DNA from: Eledone cirrhosa
Taxonomy: Eukaryota
NCBI GenBank assembly: GCA_964016885.1
Contig: OZ024741.1
Coordinates: forward strand, 244,652,001-244,716,000
Length of the DNA stretch: 64,000 nucleotides
Reading direction: 5' to 3'
Shown: positions 11,147 to 25,700 of the stretch, piece after piece
How positions within the stretch are numbered: position 1 is the stretch's first letter
How the letters are laid out: every line of letters starts with the position of its first letter
Program-made: the position numbers and the translations under genes
Notes under the pieces: model-generated
Seen by the model: the letters and a program-made list of their open reading frames with translations, nothing else
What the model was told of the DNA's origin: nothing
Databases searched by the model: none

Positions 11147-14100
11147 GCCGCCGGACTTCAGCTTCCTCATTTAGCATGGGCAGCTTTTCTTGCAAATCAC
11201 ACTACACACAGCAAATCTGTGTCTGCACATGTACCAGTAACTACAGATCGATCCGACCACGGGCGGCCGGCCCACGATCGAAAAGGTAACTCCGCCGGCA
11301 AATCGTCATTTTTGGATTCGTTTTCTTCGAAGCACACCATTCGCCGGCGGACTTTGTTGACGTTTAACACGGTTTGGTTCCACAGCCACAACTATTGATT
11401 TTACGGAGATATCTTGCTGGAATTCACGCCACACATACCCAATGAGTGTCTGCACATGTACCAGTAATTACAGATCGATCCGCCCACGGGTGGCCGGCCC
11501 ACGATCTAAAATGTAACTCCGCCGGCAAATCCGCATTTTTGTGATTAGTTTCTTCGAAGCACACCATTCGCCGCCGGACTTGAGCTTCCTCATTTAGCAT
11601 GGGCAGCTTTTCTTGAAAATCACACCACACTCAGCAAATGTGTGTCTGCACATGTACCAGTAATTACAGATCGATCGGACCACGGGCGGCCGGCTCACGA
11701 TCGAAAAGGTAACTCCGCCGGCAAATCCGCATTTTTGTGATTCGTTTTCTTCGAAGCACACCATTCGCCGGCGGACTTTGTTGACGTTTAACACGGTTTG
11801 GTTCCACAGCCACAACTATTGATTTTACGGAGATATCTTGCTGAAATTCACGCCACACATACCCAATGAGTGTCTGCACATGTACCAGTAATTACAGATC
11901 GATCCGCCCACGGGTGGCCGGCCCACGATCTAAAATGTAACTCCGCCGGCAAATCCGCATTTTTGTGATTAGTTTCTTCGAAGCACACCATTCGCCGCCG
12001 GACTTGAGCTTCCTCATTTAGCATGGGCAGCTTTTCTTGAAAATCACACCACACTCAGCAAATGTGTGTCTGCACATGTACCAGTAATTACAGATCGATC
12101 GGACCACGGGCGGCCGGCTCACGATCGAAAAGGTAACTCCGCCGGCAAATCCGCATTTTTGTGATTCGTTTCTTCGAAGCACACCATTCGCCGCCGGACT
12201 TCAGCTTCCTCATTTAGCATGGGCAGCTTTTCTTGCAAATCACACTACACACAGCAAATCTGTGTCTGCACATGTACCAGTAACTACAGATCGATCCGAC
12301 CACGGGCGGCCGGCCCGCGATTGAAAAGGTAACTCCGCCAGCAAATCGTCATTTTTTTATTCGTTTTCTTCGAAGCACACCATTCGCCGGCGGACTTTGT
12401 TGACGTTTAACACGGTTTGGTTCCACAGCCACAACTATTGATTTTACGGAGATATCTTGCTGAAATTCACGCCACACATACCCAATGAGTGTCTGCACAT
12501 GTACCAGTAATTACAGATCGATCCGCCCACGGGTGGCCGGCCCACGATCTAAAATGTAACTCCGCCGGCAAATCCGCATTTTTGTGATTAGTTTCTTCGA
12601 AGCACACCATTCGCCGCCGGACTTGAGCTTCCTCATTTAGCATGGGCAGCTTTTCTTGAAAATCACACCACACTCAGCAAATGTGCGTCTGCACATGTAC
12701 CAGTAATTACAGATCGATCGGACCACGGGCGGCCGGCTCACGATCGAAAAGGTAACTCCGCCGGCAAATCCGCATTTTTGTGATTCGTTTCTTCGAAGCA
12801 CACCATTCGCCGCCGGACTTCAGCTTCCTCATTTAGCATGGGCAGCTTTTCTTGCAAATCACACTACACACAGCAAATCTGTGTCTGCACATGTACCAGT
12901 AACTACAGATCGATCCGACCAAGGGCGGCCGGCCCGCGATTGAAAAGGTAGCTCCGCCAGCAAATCGTCATTTTTTGATTCGTTTTCTTCGAAGCACACC
13001 ATTCGCCGGCGGACTTTGTTGACGTTTAACACGGTTTGGTTCCACAGCCACAACTATTGATTTTACGGAGATATCTTGCTGAAATTCACGCCACACATAG
13101 CCAATGATTGTCTGCACATGTACCAGTAATTACAGATCGATCCGACCACGGGTGGCCGGCCCGCGATTGAAAAGGTAACTCCGCCAGCAAATCGTCATTT
13201 TTGGATTCGTTTTCTTCGAAGCACACCATTCGCCGGCGGACTTTGTTGACGTTTAACACGGTTTGGTTCCACAGCCACAACTATTGATTTTACGGAGATA
13301 TCTTGCTGAAATTCACGCCACACATACCCAATGAGTGTCTGCACATGTACCAGTAATTACAGATCGATCCGCCCACGGGTGGCCGGCCCACGATCTAAAA
13401 TGTAACTCCGCCGGCAAATCCGCATTTTTGTGATTAGTTTCTTCGAAGCACACCATTCGCCGCCGGACTTGAGCTTCCTCATTTAGCATGGGCAGCTTTT
13501 CTTGAAAATCACACCACACTCAGCAAATGTGTGTCTGCACATGTACCAGTAATTACAGATCGATCGGACCACGGGCGGCCGGTTTGCGATTGAAAAGGTA
13601 ACTCCGCCGGCAAATCGGCATTTTTGGATTCGTTTTCTTCGAAGCACACCATTCGCCGCCGGACTTCAGCTTCCTCATTTAGCATGGGCAGCTTTTCTTG
13701 CAAATCACACTACACACAGCAAATCTGTGTCTGCACATGTACCAGTAACTACAGATCGATCCGACCACGGGCGGCCGGCCCACGATCGAAAAGGTAACTC
13801 CGCCGGCAAATCGTCATTTTTGGATTCGTTTTCTTCGAAGCACACCATTCGCCGGCGGACTTTGTTGACGTTTAACACGGTTTGGTTCCACAGCCACAAC
13901 TATTGATTTTACGGAGATATCTTGCTGGAATTCACGCCACACATACCCAATGAGTGTCTGCACATGTACCAGTAATTACAGATCGATCCGCCCACGGGTG
14001 GCCGGCCCACGATCTAAAATGTAACTCCGCCGGCAAATCCGCATTTTTGTGATTAGTTTCTTCGAAGCACACCATTCGCCGCCGGACTTGAGCTTCCTCA

Positions 14101-16100
14101 TTTAGCATGGGCAGCTTTTCTTGAAAATCACACCACACTCAGCAAATGTGTGTCTGCACATGTACCAGTAATTACAGATCGATCGGACCACGGGCGGCCG
14201 GCTCACGATCGAAAAGGTAACTCCGCCGGCAAATCCGCATTTTTGTGATTCGTTTCTTCGAAGCACACCATTCGCCGCCGGACTTCAGCTTCCTCATTTA
14301 GCATGGGCAGCTTTTCTTGCAAATCACACTACACACAGCAAATCTGTGTCTGCACATGTACCAGTAACTACAGATCGATCCGACCACGGGCGGCCGGCCC
14401 GCGATTGAAAAGGTAACTCCGCCAGCAAATCGTCATTTTTTTATTCGTTTTCTTCGAAGCACACCATTCGCCGGCGGACTTTGTTGACGTTTAACACGGT
14501 TTGGTTCCACAGCCACAACTATTGATTTTACGGAGATATCTTGCTGAAATTCACGCCACACATACCCAATGAGTGTCTGCACATGTACCAGTAATTACAG
14601 ATCGATCCGCCCACGGGTGGCCGGCCCACGATCTAAAATGTAACTCCGCCGGCAAATCCGCATTTTTGTGATTAGTTTCTTCGAAGCACACCATTCGCCG
14701 CCGGACTTGAGCTTCCTCATTTAGCATGGGCAGCTTTTCTTGAAAATCACACCACACTCAGCAAATGTGCGTCTGCACATGTACCAGTAATTACAGATCG
14801 ATCGGACCACGGGCGGCCGGCTCACGATCGAAAAGGTAACTCCGCCGGCAAATCCGCATTTTTGTGATTCGTTTCTTCGAAGCACACCATTCGCCGCCGG
14901 ACTTCAGCTTCCTCATTTAGCATGGGCAGCTTTTCTTGCAAATCACACTACACACAGCAAATCTGTGTCTGCACATGTACCAGTAACTACAGATCGATCC
15001 GACCAAGGGCGGCCGGCCCGCGATTGAAAAGGTAGCTCCGCCAGCAAATCGTCATTTTTTGATTCGTTTTCTTCGAAGCACACCATTCGCCGGCGGACTT
15101 TGTTGACGTTTAACACGGTTTGGTTCCACAGCCACAACTATTGATTTTACGGAGATATCTTGCTGAAATTCACGCCACACATAGCCAATGATTGTCTGCA
15201 CATGTACCAGTAATTACAGATCGATCCGACCACGGGTGGCCGGCCCGCGATTGAAAAGGTAACTCCGCCAGCAAATCGTCATTTTTGGATTCGTTTTCTT
15301 CGAAGCACACCATTCGCCGGCGGACTTTGTTGACGTTTAACACGGTTTGGTTCCACAGCCACAACTATTGATTTTACGGAGATATCTTGCTGAAATTCAC
15401 GCCACACATACCCAATGAGTGTCTGCACATGTACCAGTAATTACAGATCGATCCGCCCACGGGTGGCCGGCCCACGATCTAACATGTAACTCCGCCGGCA
15501 AATCCGCATTTTTGTGATTAGTTTCTTCGAAGCACACCATTCGCCGCCGGACTTGAGCTTCCTCATTTAGCATGGGCAGCTTTTCTTGAAAATCACACCA
15601 CACTCAGCAAATGTGTGTCTGCACATGTACCAGTAATTACAGATCGATCGGACCACGGGCGGCCGGTTTGCGATTGAAAAGGTAACTCCGCCGGCAAATC
15701 GGCATTTTTGGATTCGTTTTCTTCGAAGCACACCATTCGCCGCCGGACTTCAGCTTCCTCATTTAGCATGGGCAGCTTTTCTTGCAAATCACACTACACA
15801 CAGCAAATCTGTGTCTGCACATGTACCAGTAACTACAGATCGATCCGACCACGGGCGGCCGGCCCACGATCGAAAAGGTAACTCCGCCGGCAAATCGTCA
15901 TTTTTGGATTCGTTTTCTTCGAAGCACACCATTCGCCGGCGGACTTTGTTGACGTTTAACACGGTTTGGTTCCACAGCCACAACTATTGATTTTACGGAG
16001 ATATCTTGCTGGAATTCACGCCACACATACCCAATGAGTGTCTGCACATGTACCAGTAATTACAGATCGATCCGCCCACGGGTGGCCGGCCCACGATCTA
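11147..16100 (+). repeat. Approximately 5-kb duplication of 1407-6360 (offset 9740)
   Basis: Shared rare markers: 228-bp chimeric monomer (1880/11620) and CTAACATG SNP (5743/15483). Boundaries approximate. Confidence 0.85.
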
Positions 16101-19100
16101 AAATGTAACTCCGCCGGCAAATCCGCATTTTTGTGATTAGTTTCTTCGAAGCACACCATTCGCCGCCGGACTTGAGCTTCCTCATTTAGCATGGGCAGCT
16201 TTTCTTGAAAATCACACCACACTCAGCAAATGTGTGTCTGCACATGTACCAGTAATTACAGATCGATCGGACCACGGGCGGCCGGCTCACGATCGAAAAG
16301 GTAACTCCGCCGGCAAATCCGCATTTTTGTGATTCGTTTCTTCGAAGCACACCATTCGCCGCCGGACTTCAGCTTCCTCATTTAGCATGGGCAGCTTTTC
16401 TTGCAAATCACACTACACACAGCAAATCTGTGTCTGCACATGTACCAGTAACTACAGATCGATCCGACCACGGGCGGCCGGCCCGCGATTGAAAAGGTAA
16501 CTCCGCCAGCAAATCGTCATTTTTTTATTCGTTTTCTTCGAAGCACACCATTCGCCGGCGGACTTTGTTGACGTTTAACACGGTTTGGTTCCACAGCCAC
16601 AACTATTGATTTTACGGAGATATCTTGCTGAAATTCACGCCACACATACCCAATGAGTGTCTGCACATGTACCAGTAATTACAGATCGATCCGCCCACGG
16701 GTGGCCGGCCCACGATCTAAAATGTAACTCCGCCGGCAAATCCGCATTTTTGTGATTAGTTTCTTCGAAGCACACCATTCGCCGCCGGACTTGAGCTTCC
16801 TCATTTAGCATGGGCAGCTTTTCTTGAAAATCACACCACACTCAGCAAATGTGTGTCTGCACATGTACCAGTAATTACAGATCGATCGGACCACGGGCGG
16901 CCGGTTTGCGATTGAAAAGGTAACTCCGCCGGCAAATCGGCATTTTTGGATTCGTTTTCTTCGAAGCACACCATTCGCCGCCGGACTTCAGCTTCCTCAT
17001 TTAGCATGGGCAGCTTTTCTTGCAAATCACACTACACACAGCAAATCTGTGTCTGCACATGTACCAGTAACTACAGATCGATCCGACCACGGGCGGCCGG
17101 CCCGCGATTGAAAAGGTAACTCCGCCAGCAAATCGTCATTTTTTTATTCGTTTTCTTCGAAGCACACCATTCGCCGGCGGACTTTGTTGACGTTTAACAC
17201 GGTTTGGTTCCACAGCCACAACTATTGATTTTACGGAGATATCTTGCTGAAATTCACGCCACACATACCCAATGAGTGTCTGCACATGTACCAGTAATTA
17301 CAGATCGATCCGCCCACGGGTGGCCGGCCCACGATCTAAAATGTAACTCCGCCGGCAAATCCGCATTTTTGTGATTAGTTTCTTCGAAGCACACCATTCG
17401 CCGCCGGACTTGAGCTTCCTCATTTAGCATGGGCAGCTTTTCTTGAAAATCACACCACACTCAGCAAATGTGCGTCTGCACATGTACCAGTAATTACAGA
17501 TCGATCGGACCACGGGCGGCCGGCTCACGATCGAAAAGGTAACTCCGCCGGCAAATCCGCATTTTTGTGATTCGTTTCTTCGAAGCACACCATTCGCCGC
17601 CGGACTTCAGCTTCCTCATTTAGCATGGGCAGCTTTTCTTGCAAATCACACTACACACAGCAAATCTGTGTCTGCACATGTACCAGTAACTACAGATCGA
17701 TCCGACCAAGGGCGGCCGGCCCGCGATTGAAAAGGTAGCTCCGCCAGCAAATCGTCATTTTTTGATTCGTTTTCTTCGAAGCACACCATTCGCCGGCGGA
17801 CTTTGTTGACGTTTAACACGGTTTGGTTCCACAGCCACAACTATTGATTTTACGGAGATATCTTGCTGAAATTCACGCCACACATAGCCAATGATTGTCT
17901 GCACATGTACCAGTAATTACAGATCGATCCGACCACGGGTGGCCGGCCCGCGATTGAAAAGGTAACTCCGCCAGCAAATCGTCATTTTTGGATTCGTTTT
18001 CTTCGAAGCACACCATTCGCCGGCGGACTTTGTTGACGTTTAACACGGTTTGGTTCCACAGCCACAACTATTGATTTTACGGAGATATCTTGCTGAAATT
18101 CACGCCACACATACCCAATGAGAGTCTGCACATGTACCAGTAATTACAGATCGATCCGCCCACGGGTGGCCGGCCCACGATCTAAAATGTAACTCCGCCG
18201 GCAAATCCGCATTTTTGTGATTAGTTTCTTCGAAGCACACCATTCGCCGCCGGACTTGAGCTTCCTCATTTAGCATGGGCAGCTTTTCTTGAAAATCACA
18301 CCACACTCAGCAAATGTGTGTCTGCACATGTACCAGTAATTACAGATCGATCGGACCACGGGCGGCCGGTTTGCGATTGAAAAGGTAACTCCGCCGGCAA
18401 ATCGGCATTTTTGGATTCGTTTTCTTCGAAGCACACCATTCGCCGCCGGACTTCAGCTTCCTCATTTAGCATGGGCAGCTTTTCTTGCAAATCACACTAC
18501 ACACAGCAAATCTGTGTCTGCACATGTACCAGTAACTACAGATCGATCCGACCACGGGCGGCCGGCCCGCGATTGAAAAGGTAACTCCGCCAGCAAATCG
18601 TCATTTTTTGATTCGTTTTCTTCGAAGCACACCATTCGCCGCCGGACTTTGTTGACGTTTAACACGGTTTGGTTCCACAGCCACAACTATTGATTTTACG
18701 GAGATATCTTGCTGAAATTCACGCCACACATAGCCAATGATTGTCTGCACATGTACCAGTAATTACAGATCGATCCGACCACGGGTGGCCGGCCCGCGAT
18801 TGAAAAGGTAACTCCGCCAGCAAATCGTCATTTTTGGATTCGTTTTCTTCGAAGCACACCATTCGCCGGCGGACTTTGTTGACGTTTAACACGGTTTGGT
18901 TCCACAGCCACAACTATTGATTTTACGGAGATATCTTGCTGAAATTCACGCCACACATACCCAATGAGTGTCTGCACATGTACCAGTAATTACAGATCGA
19001 TCCGCCCACGGGTGGCCGGCCCACGATCTAAAATGTAACTCCGCCGGCAAATCCGCATTTTTGTGATTAGTTTCTTCGAAGCACACCATTCGCCGCCGGA

Positions 19101-19564
19101 CTTGAGCTTCCTCATTTAGCATGGGAAGCTTTTCTTGAAAATCACACCACACTCAGCAAATGTGTGTCTGCACATGTACCAGTAATTACAGATCGATCGG
19201 ACCACGGGCGGCCGGCTCACGATCGAAAAGGTAACTCCGCCGGCAAATCCGCATTTTTGTGATTCGTTTCTTCGAAGCACACCATTCGCCGCCGGACTTA
19301 TGCTTCCTCATTTAGCATGGGCAGCTTTTCTTGCAAATCACACTACACACAGCAAATCTGTGTCTGCACATGTACCAGTAACTACAGATCGATCCGACCA
19401 CGGGCGGCCGGCCCGCGATTGAAAAGGTAACTCCGCCAGCAAATCGTCATTTTTTGATTCGTTTTCTTCGAAGCACACCATTCGCCGCCGGACTTTGTTG
19501 ACGTTTAACACGGTTTGGTTCCACAGCCACAACTATTGATTTTACGGTGATATCTTGCTGAAAT

Positions 19565-19791
19565 TCACGCCACACATAGCCAATGAGTGTCTGCACATGT
19601 ACCAGTAATTACAGATCGATCCGACCACGGGCGGCCGGTTTGCGATTGAAAAGGTAACTCCGCCGGCAAATCGTCATTTTTGGATTCGTTTTCTTCGAAG
19701 CACACCATTCGCCGCCGGACTTTGTTGACGTTTAACACGGTTTGGTTCCACAGCCACAACTATTGATTTTACGGAGATATCTTGCTGAAAT
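19565..19791 (+). repeat. Monomer type E (227 bp), first copy in the window
   Basis: Head TCACGCCACACATAGCCAATGAGT, B2-like core GGCCGGTTTGCGATTG, long tail. Confidence 0.9.
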
Positions 19792-22700
19792 TCACGCCAC
19801 ACATAGCCAATGATTGTCTGCACATGTACCAGTAATTACAGATCGATCCGACCACGGGTGGCCGGCCCGCGATTGAAAAGGTAACTCCGCCAGCAAATCG
19901 TCATTTTTGGATTCGTTTTCTTCGAAGCACACCATTCGCCGGCGGACTTTGTTGACGTTTAACACGGTTTGGTTCCACAGCCACAACTATTGATTTTACG
20001 GAGATATCTTGCTGAAATTCACGCCACACATACCCAATGAGTGTCTGCACATGTACCAGTAATTACAGATCGATCCGCCCACGGGTGGCCGGCCCACGAT
20101 CTAAAATGTAACTCCGCCGGCAAATCCGCATTTTTGTGATTAGTTTCTTCGAAGCACACCATTCGCCGCCGGACTTGAGCTTCCTCATTTAGCATGGGCA
20201 GCTTTTCTTGAAAATCACACCACACTCAGCAAATGTGTGTCTGCACATGTACCAGTAATTACAGATCGATCGGACCACGGGCGGCCGGTTTGCGATTGAA
20301 AAGGTAACTCCGCCGGCAAATCGTCATTTTTGGATTCGTTTTCTTCGAAGCGCACCATTCGCCGCCGGACTTCAGCTTCCTTATTTAGCATGGGCAGCTT
20401 TTCTTGCAAATCACACTACACACAGCAAATCTGTGTCTGCACATGTACCAGTAACTACAGATCGATCCGACCACGGGCGGCCGGCCCGCGATTGAAAAGG
20501 TAACTCCGCCAGCAAATCGTCATTTTTTTATTCGTTTTCTTCGAAGCACACCATTCGCCGCCGGACTTTGTTGACGTTTAACACGGTTTGGTTCCACAGC
20601 CACAACTATTGATTTTACGGTGATATCTTGCTGAAATTCACGCCACACATAGCCAATGAGTGTCTGCACATGTACCAGTAATTACAGATCGATCGGACCA
20701 CGGGCGGCCGGTTTGCGATTGAAAAGGTAACTCCGCCGGCAAATCGTCATTTTTGGATTCGTTTTCTTCGAAGCACACCATTCGCCGGCGGACTTTGTTG
20801 ACGTTTAACACGGTTTGGTTCCACAGCCACAACTATTGATTTTACGGAGATATCTTGCTGAAATTCACGCCACACATAGCCAATGAGTGTCTGCACATGT
20901 ACCAGTAATTACAGATCGATCCGACCACGGGTGGCCGGCCCGCGATTGAAAAGGTAACTCCGCCAGCAAATCGTCATTTTTTTATTCGTTTTCTTCGAAG
21001 CACACCATTCGCCGGCGGACTTTGTTGACGTTTAACACGGTTTGGTTCCACAGCCACAACTATTGATTTTACGGAGATATCTTGCTGAAATTCACGCCAC
21101 ACATACCCAATGAGTGTCTGCACATGTACCAGTAATTACAGATCGATCCGCCCACGGGTGGCCGGCCCACGATCTAAAATGTAACTCCGCCGGCAAATCC
21201 GCATTTTTGTGATTAGTTTCTTCGAAGCACACCATTCGCCGCCGGACTTGAGCTTCCTCATTTAGCATGGGCAGCTTTTCTTGAAAATCACACCACACTC
21301 AGCAAATGTGTGTCTGCACATGTACCAGTAATTACAGATCGATCGGACCACGGGCGGCCGGTTTGCGATTGAAAAGGTAACTCCGCCGGCAAATCGGCAT
21401 TTTTGGATTCGTTTTCTTCGAAGCACACCATTCGCCGCCGGACTTCAGCTTCCTCATTTAGCATGGGCAGCTTTTCTTGCAAATCACACTACACACAGCA
21501 AATCTGTGTCTGCACATGTACCAGTAACTACAGATCGATCCGACCACGGGCGGCCGGCCCGCGATTGAAAAGGTAACTCCGCCAGCAAATCGTCATTTTT
21601 TTATTCGTTTTCTTCGAAGCACACCATTCGCCGGCGGACTTTGTTGACGTTTAACACGGTTTGGTTCCACAGCCACAACTATTGATTTTACGGAGATATC
21701 TTGCTGAAATTCACGCCACACATACCCAATGAGTGTCAGCACATGTACCAGTAATTACAGATCGATCCGCCCACGGGTGGCCGGCCCACGATCTAAAATG
21801 TAACTCCGCCGGCAAATCCGCATTTTTGTGATTAGTTTCTTCGAAGCACACCATTCGCCGCCGGACTTGAGCTTCCTCATTTAGCATGGGCAGCTTTTCT
21901 TGAAAATCACACCACACTCAGCAAATGTGCGTCTGCACATGTACCAGTAATTACAGATCGATCGGACCACGGGCGGCCGGCTCACGATCGAAAAGGTAAC
22001 TCCGCCGGCAAATCCGCATTTTTGTGATTCGTTTCTTCGAAGCACACCATTCGCCGCCGGACTTCAGCTTCCTCATTTAGCATGGGCAGCTTTTCTTGCA
22101 AATCACACTACACACAGCAAATCTGTGTCTGCACATGTACCAGTAACTACAGATCGATCCGACCAAGGGCGGCCGGCCCGCGATTGAAAAGGTAGCTCCG
22201 CCAGCAAATCGTCATTTTTTGATTCGTTTTCTTCGAAGCACACCATTCGCCGGCGGACTTTGTTGACGTTTAACACGGTTTGGTTCCACAGCCACAACTA
22301 TTGATTTTACGGAGATATCTTGCTGAAATTCACGCCACACATAGCCAATGATTGTCTGCACATGTACCAGTAATTACAGATCGATCCGACCACGGGTGGC
22401 CGGCCCGCGATTGAAAAGGTAACTCCGCCAGCAAATCGTCATTTTTGGATTCGTTTTCTTCGAAGCACACCATTCGCCGGCGGACTTTGTTGACGTTTAA
22501 CACGGTTTGGTTCCACAGCCACAACTATTGATTTTACGGAGATATCTTGCTGAAATTCACGCCACACATACCCAATGAGTGTCTGCACATGTACCAGTAA
22601 TTACAGATCGATCCGCCCACGGGTGGCCGGCCCACGATCTAAAATGTAACTCCGCCGGCAAATCCGCATTTTTGTGATTAGTTTCTTCGAAGCACACCAT

Positions 22701-25700
22701 TCGCCGCCGGACTTGAGCTTCCTCATTTAGCATGGGCAGCTTTTCTTGAAAATCACACCACACTCAGCAAATGTGTGTCTGCACATGTACCAGTAATTAC
22801 AGATCGATCGGACCACGGGCGGCCGGTTTGCGATTGAAAAGGTAACTCCGCCGGCAAATCGGCATTTTTGGATTCGTTTTCTTCGAAGCACACCATTCGC
22901 CGCCGGACTTCAGCTTCCTCATTTAGCATGGGCAGCTTTTCTTGCAAATCACACTACACACAGCAAATCTGTGTCTGCACATGTACCAGTAACTACAGAT
23001 CGATCCGACCACGGGCGGCCGGCCCGCGATTGAAAAGGTAACTCCGCCAGCAAATCGTCATTTTTTGATTCGTTTTCTTCGAAGCACACCATTCGCCGCC
23101 GGACTTTGTTGACGTTTAACACGGTTTGGTTCCACAGCCACAACTATTGATTTTACGGAGATATCTTGCTGAAATTCACGCCACACATAGCCAATGATTG
23201 TCTGCACATGTACCAGTAATTACAGATCGATCCGACCACGGGTGGCCGGCCCGCGATTGAAAAGGTAACTCCGCCAGCAAATCGTCATTTTTGGATTCGT
23301 TTTCTTCGAAGCACACCATTCGCCGGCGGACTTTGTTGACGTTTAACACGGTTTGGTTCCACAGCCACAACTATTGATTTTACGGAGATATCTTGCTGAA
23401 ATTCACGCCACACATACCCAATGAGTGTCTGCACATGTACCAGTAATTACAGATCGATCCGCCCACGGGTGGCCGGCCCACGATCTAAAATGTAACTCCG
23501 CCGGCAAATCCGCATTTTTGTGATTAGTTTCTTCGAAGCACACCATTCGCCGCCGGACTTGAGCTTCCTCATTTAGCATGGGCAGCTTTTCTTGAAAATC
23601 ACACCACACTCAGCAAATGTGTGTCTGCACATGTACCAGTAATTACAGATCGATCGGACCACGGGCGGCCGGTTTGCGATTGAAAAGGTAACTCCGCCGG
23701 CAAATCGTCATTTTTGGATTCGTTTTCTTCGAAGCGCACCATTCGCCGCCGGACTTCAGCTTCCTTATTTAGCATGGGCAGCTTTTCTTGCAAATCACAC
23801 TACACACAGCAAATCTGTGTCTGCACATGTACCAGTAACTACAGATCGATCCGACCACGGGCGGCCGGCCCGCGATTGAAAAGGTAACTCCGCCAGCAAA
23901 TCGTCATTTTTTTATTCGTTTTCTTCGAAGCACACCATTCGCCGCCGGACTTTGTTGACGTTTAACACGGTTTGGTTCCACAGCCACAACTATTGATTTT
24001 ACGGTGATATCTTGCTGAAATTCACGCCACACATAGCCAATGAGTCTCTGCACATGTACCAGTAATTACAGATCGATCGGACCACGGGCGGCCGGTTTGC
24101 GATTGAAAAGGTAACTCCGCCGGCAAATCGTCATTTTTGGATTCGTTTTCTTCGAAGCACACCATTCGCCGGCGGACTTTGTTGACGTTTAACACGGTTT
24201 GGTTCCACAGCCACAACTATTGATTTTACGGAGATATCTTGCTGAAATTCACGCCACACATAGCCAATGAGTGTCTGCACATGTACCAGTAATTACAGAT
24301 CGATCCGACCACGGGTGGCCGGCCCGCGATTGAAAAGGTAACTCCGCCAGCAAATCGTCATTTTTGGATTCGTTTTCTTCGAAGCACACCATTCGCCGGC
24401 GGACTTTGTTGACGTTTAACACGGTTTGGTTCCACAGCCACAACTATTGATTTTACGGAGATATCTTGCTGAAATTCACGCCACACATACCCAATGAGTG
24501 TCTGCACATGTACCAGTAATTACAGATCGATCCGCCCACGGGTGGCCGGCCCACGATCTAAAATGTAACTCCGCCGGCAAATCCGCATTTTTGTGATTAG
24601 TTTCTTCGAAGCACACCATTCGCCGCCGGACTTGAGCTTCCTCATTTAGCATGGGCAGCTTTTCTTGAAAATCACACCACACTCAGCAAATGTGTGTCTG
24701 CACATGTACCAGTAATTACAGATCGATCGGACCACGGGCGGCCGGTTTGCGATTGAAAAGGTAACTCCGCCGGCAAATCGTCATTTTTGGATTCGTTTTC
24801 TTCGAAGCGCACCATTCGCCGCCGGACTTCAGCTTCCTTATTTAGCATGGGCAGCTTTTCTTGCAAATCACACTACACACAGCAAATCTGTGTCTGCACA
24901 TGTACCAGTAACTACAGATCGATCCGACCACGGGCGGCCGGCCCGCGATTGAAAAGGTAACTCCGCCAGCAAATCGTCATTTTTTTATTCGTTTTCTTCG
25001 AAGCACACCATTCGCCGCCGGACTTTGTTGACGTTTAACACGGTTTGGTTCCACAGCCACAACTATTGATTTTACGGAGATATCTTGCTGAAATTCACGC
25101 CACACATAGCCAATGATTGTCTGCACATGTACCAGTAATTACAGATCGATCCGACCACGGGTGGCCGGCCCGCGATTGAAAAGGTAACTCCGCCAGCAAA
25201 TCGTCATTTTTGGATTCGTTTTCTTCGAAGCACACCATTCGCCGGCGGACTTTGTTGACGTTTAACACGGTTTGGTTCCACAGCCACAACTATTGATTTT
25301 ACGGAGATATCTTGCTGAAATTCACGCCACACATACCCAATGAGTGTCTGCACATGTACCAGTAATTACAGATCGATCCGCCCACGGGTGGCCGGCCCAC
25401 GATCTAAAATGTAACTCCGCCGGCAAATCCGCATTTTTGTGATTAGTTTCTTCGAAGCACACCATTCGCCGCCGGACTTGAGCTTCCTCATTTAGCATGG
25501 GCAGCTTTTCTTGAAAATCACACCACACTCAGCAAATGTGTGTCTGCACATGTACCAGTAATTACAGATCGATCGGACCACGGGCGGCCGGTTTGCGATT
25601 GAAAAGGTAACTCCGCCGGCAAATCGTCATTTTTGGATTCGTTTTCTTCGAAGCACACCATTCGCCGCCGGACTTCAGCTTCCTCATTTAGCATGGGCAG

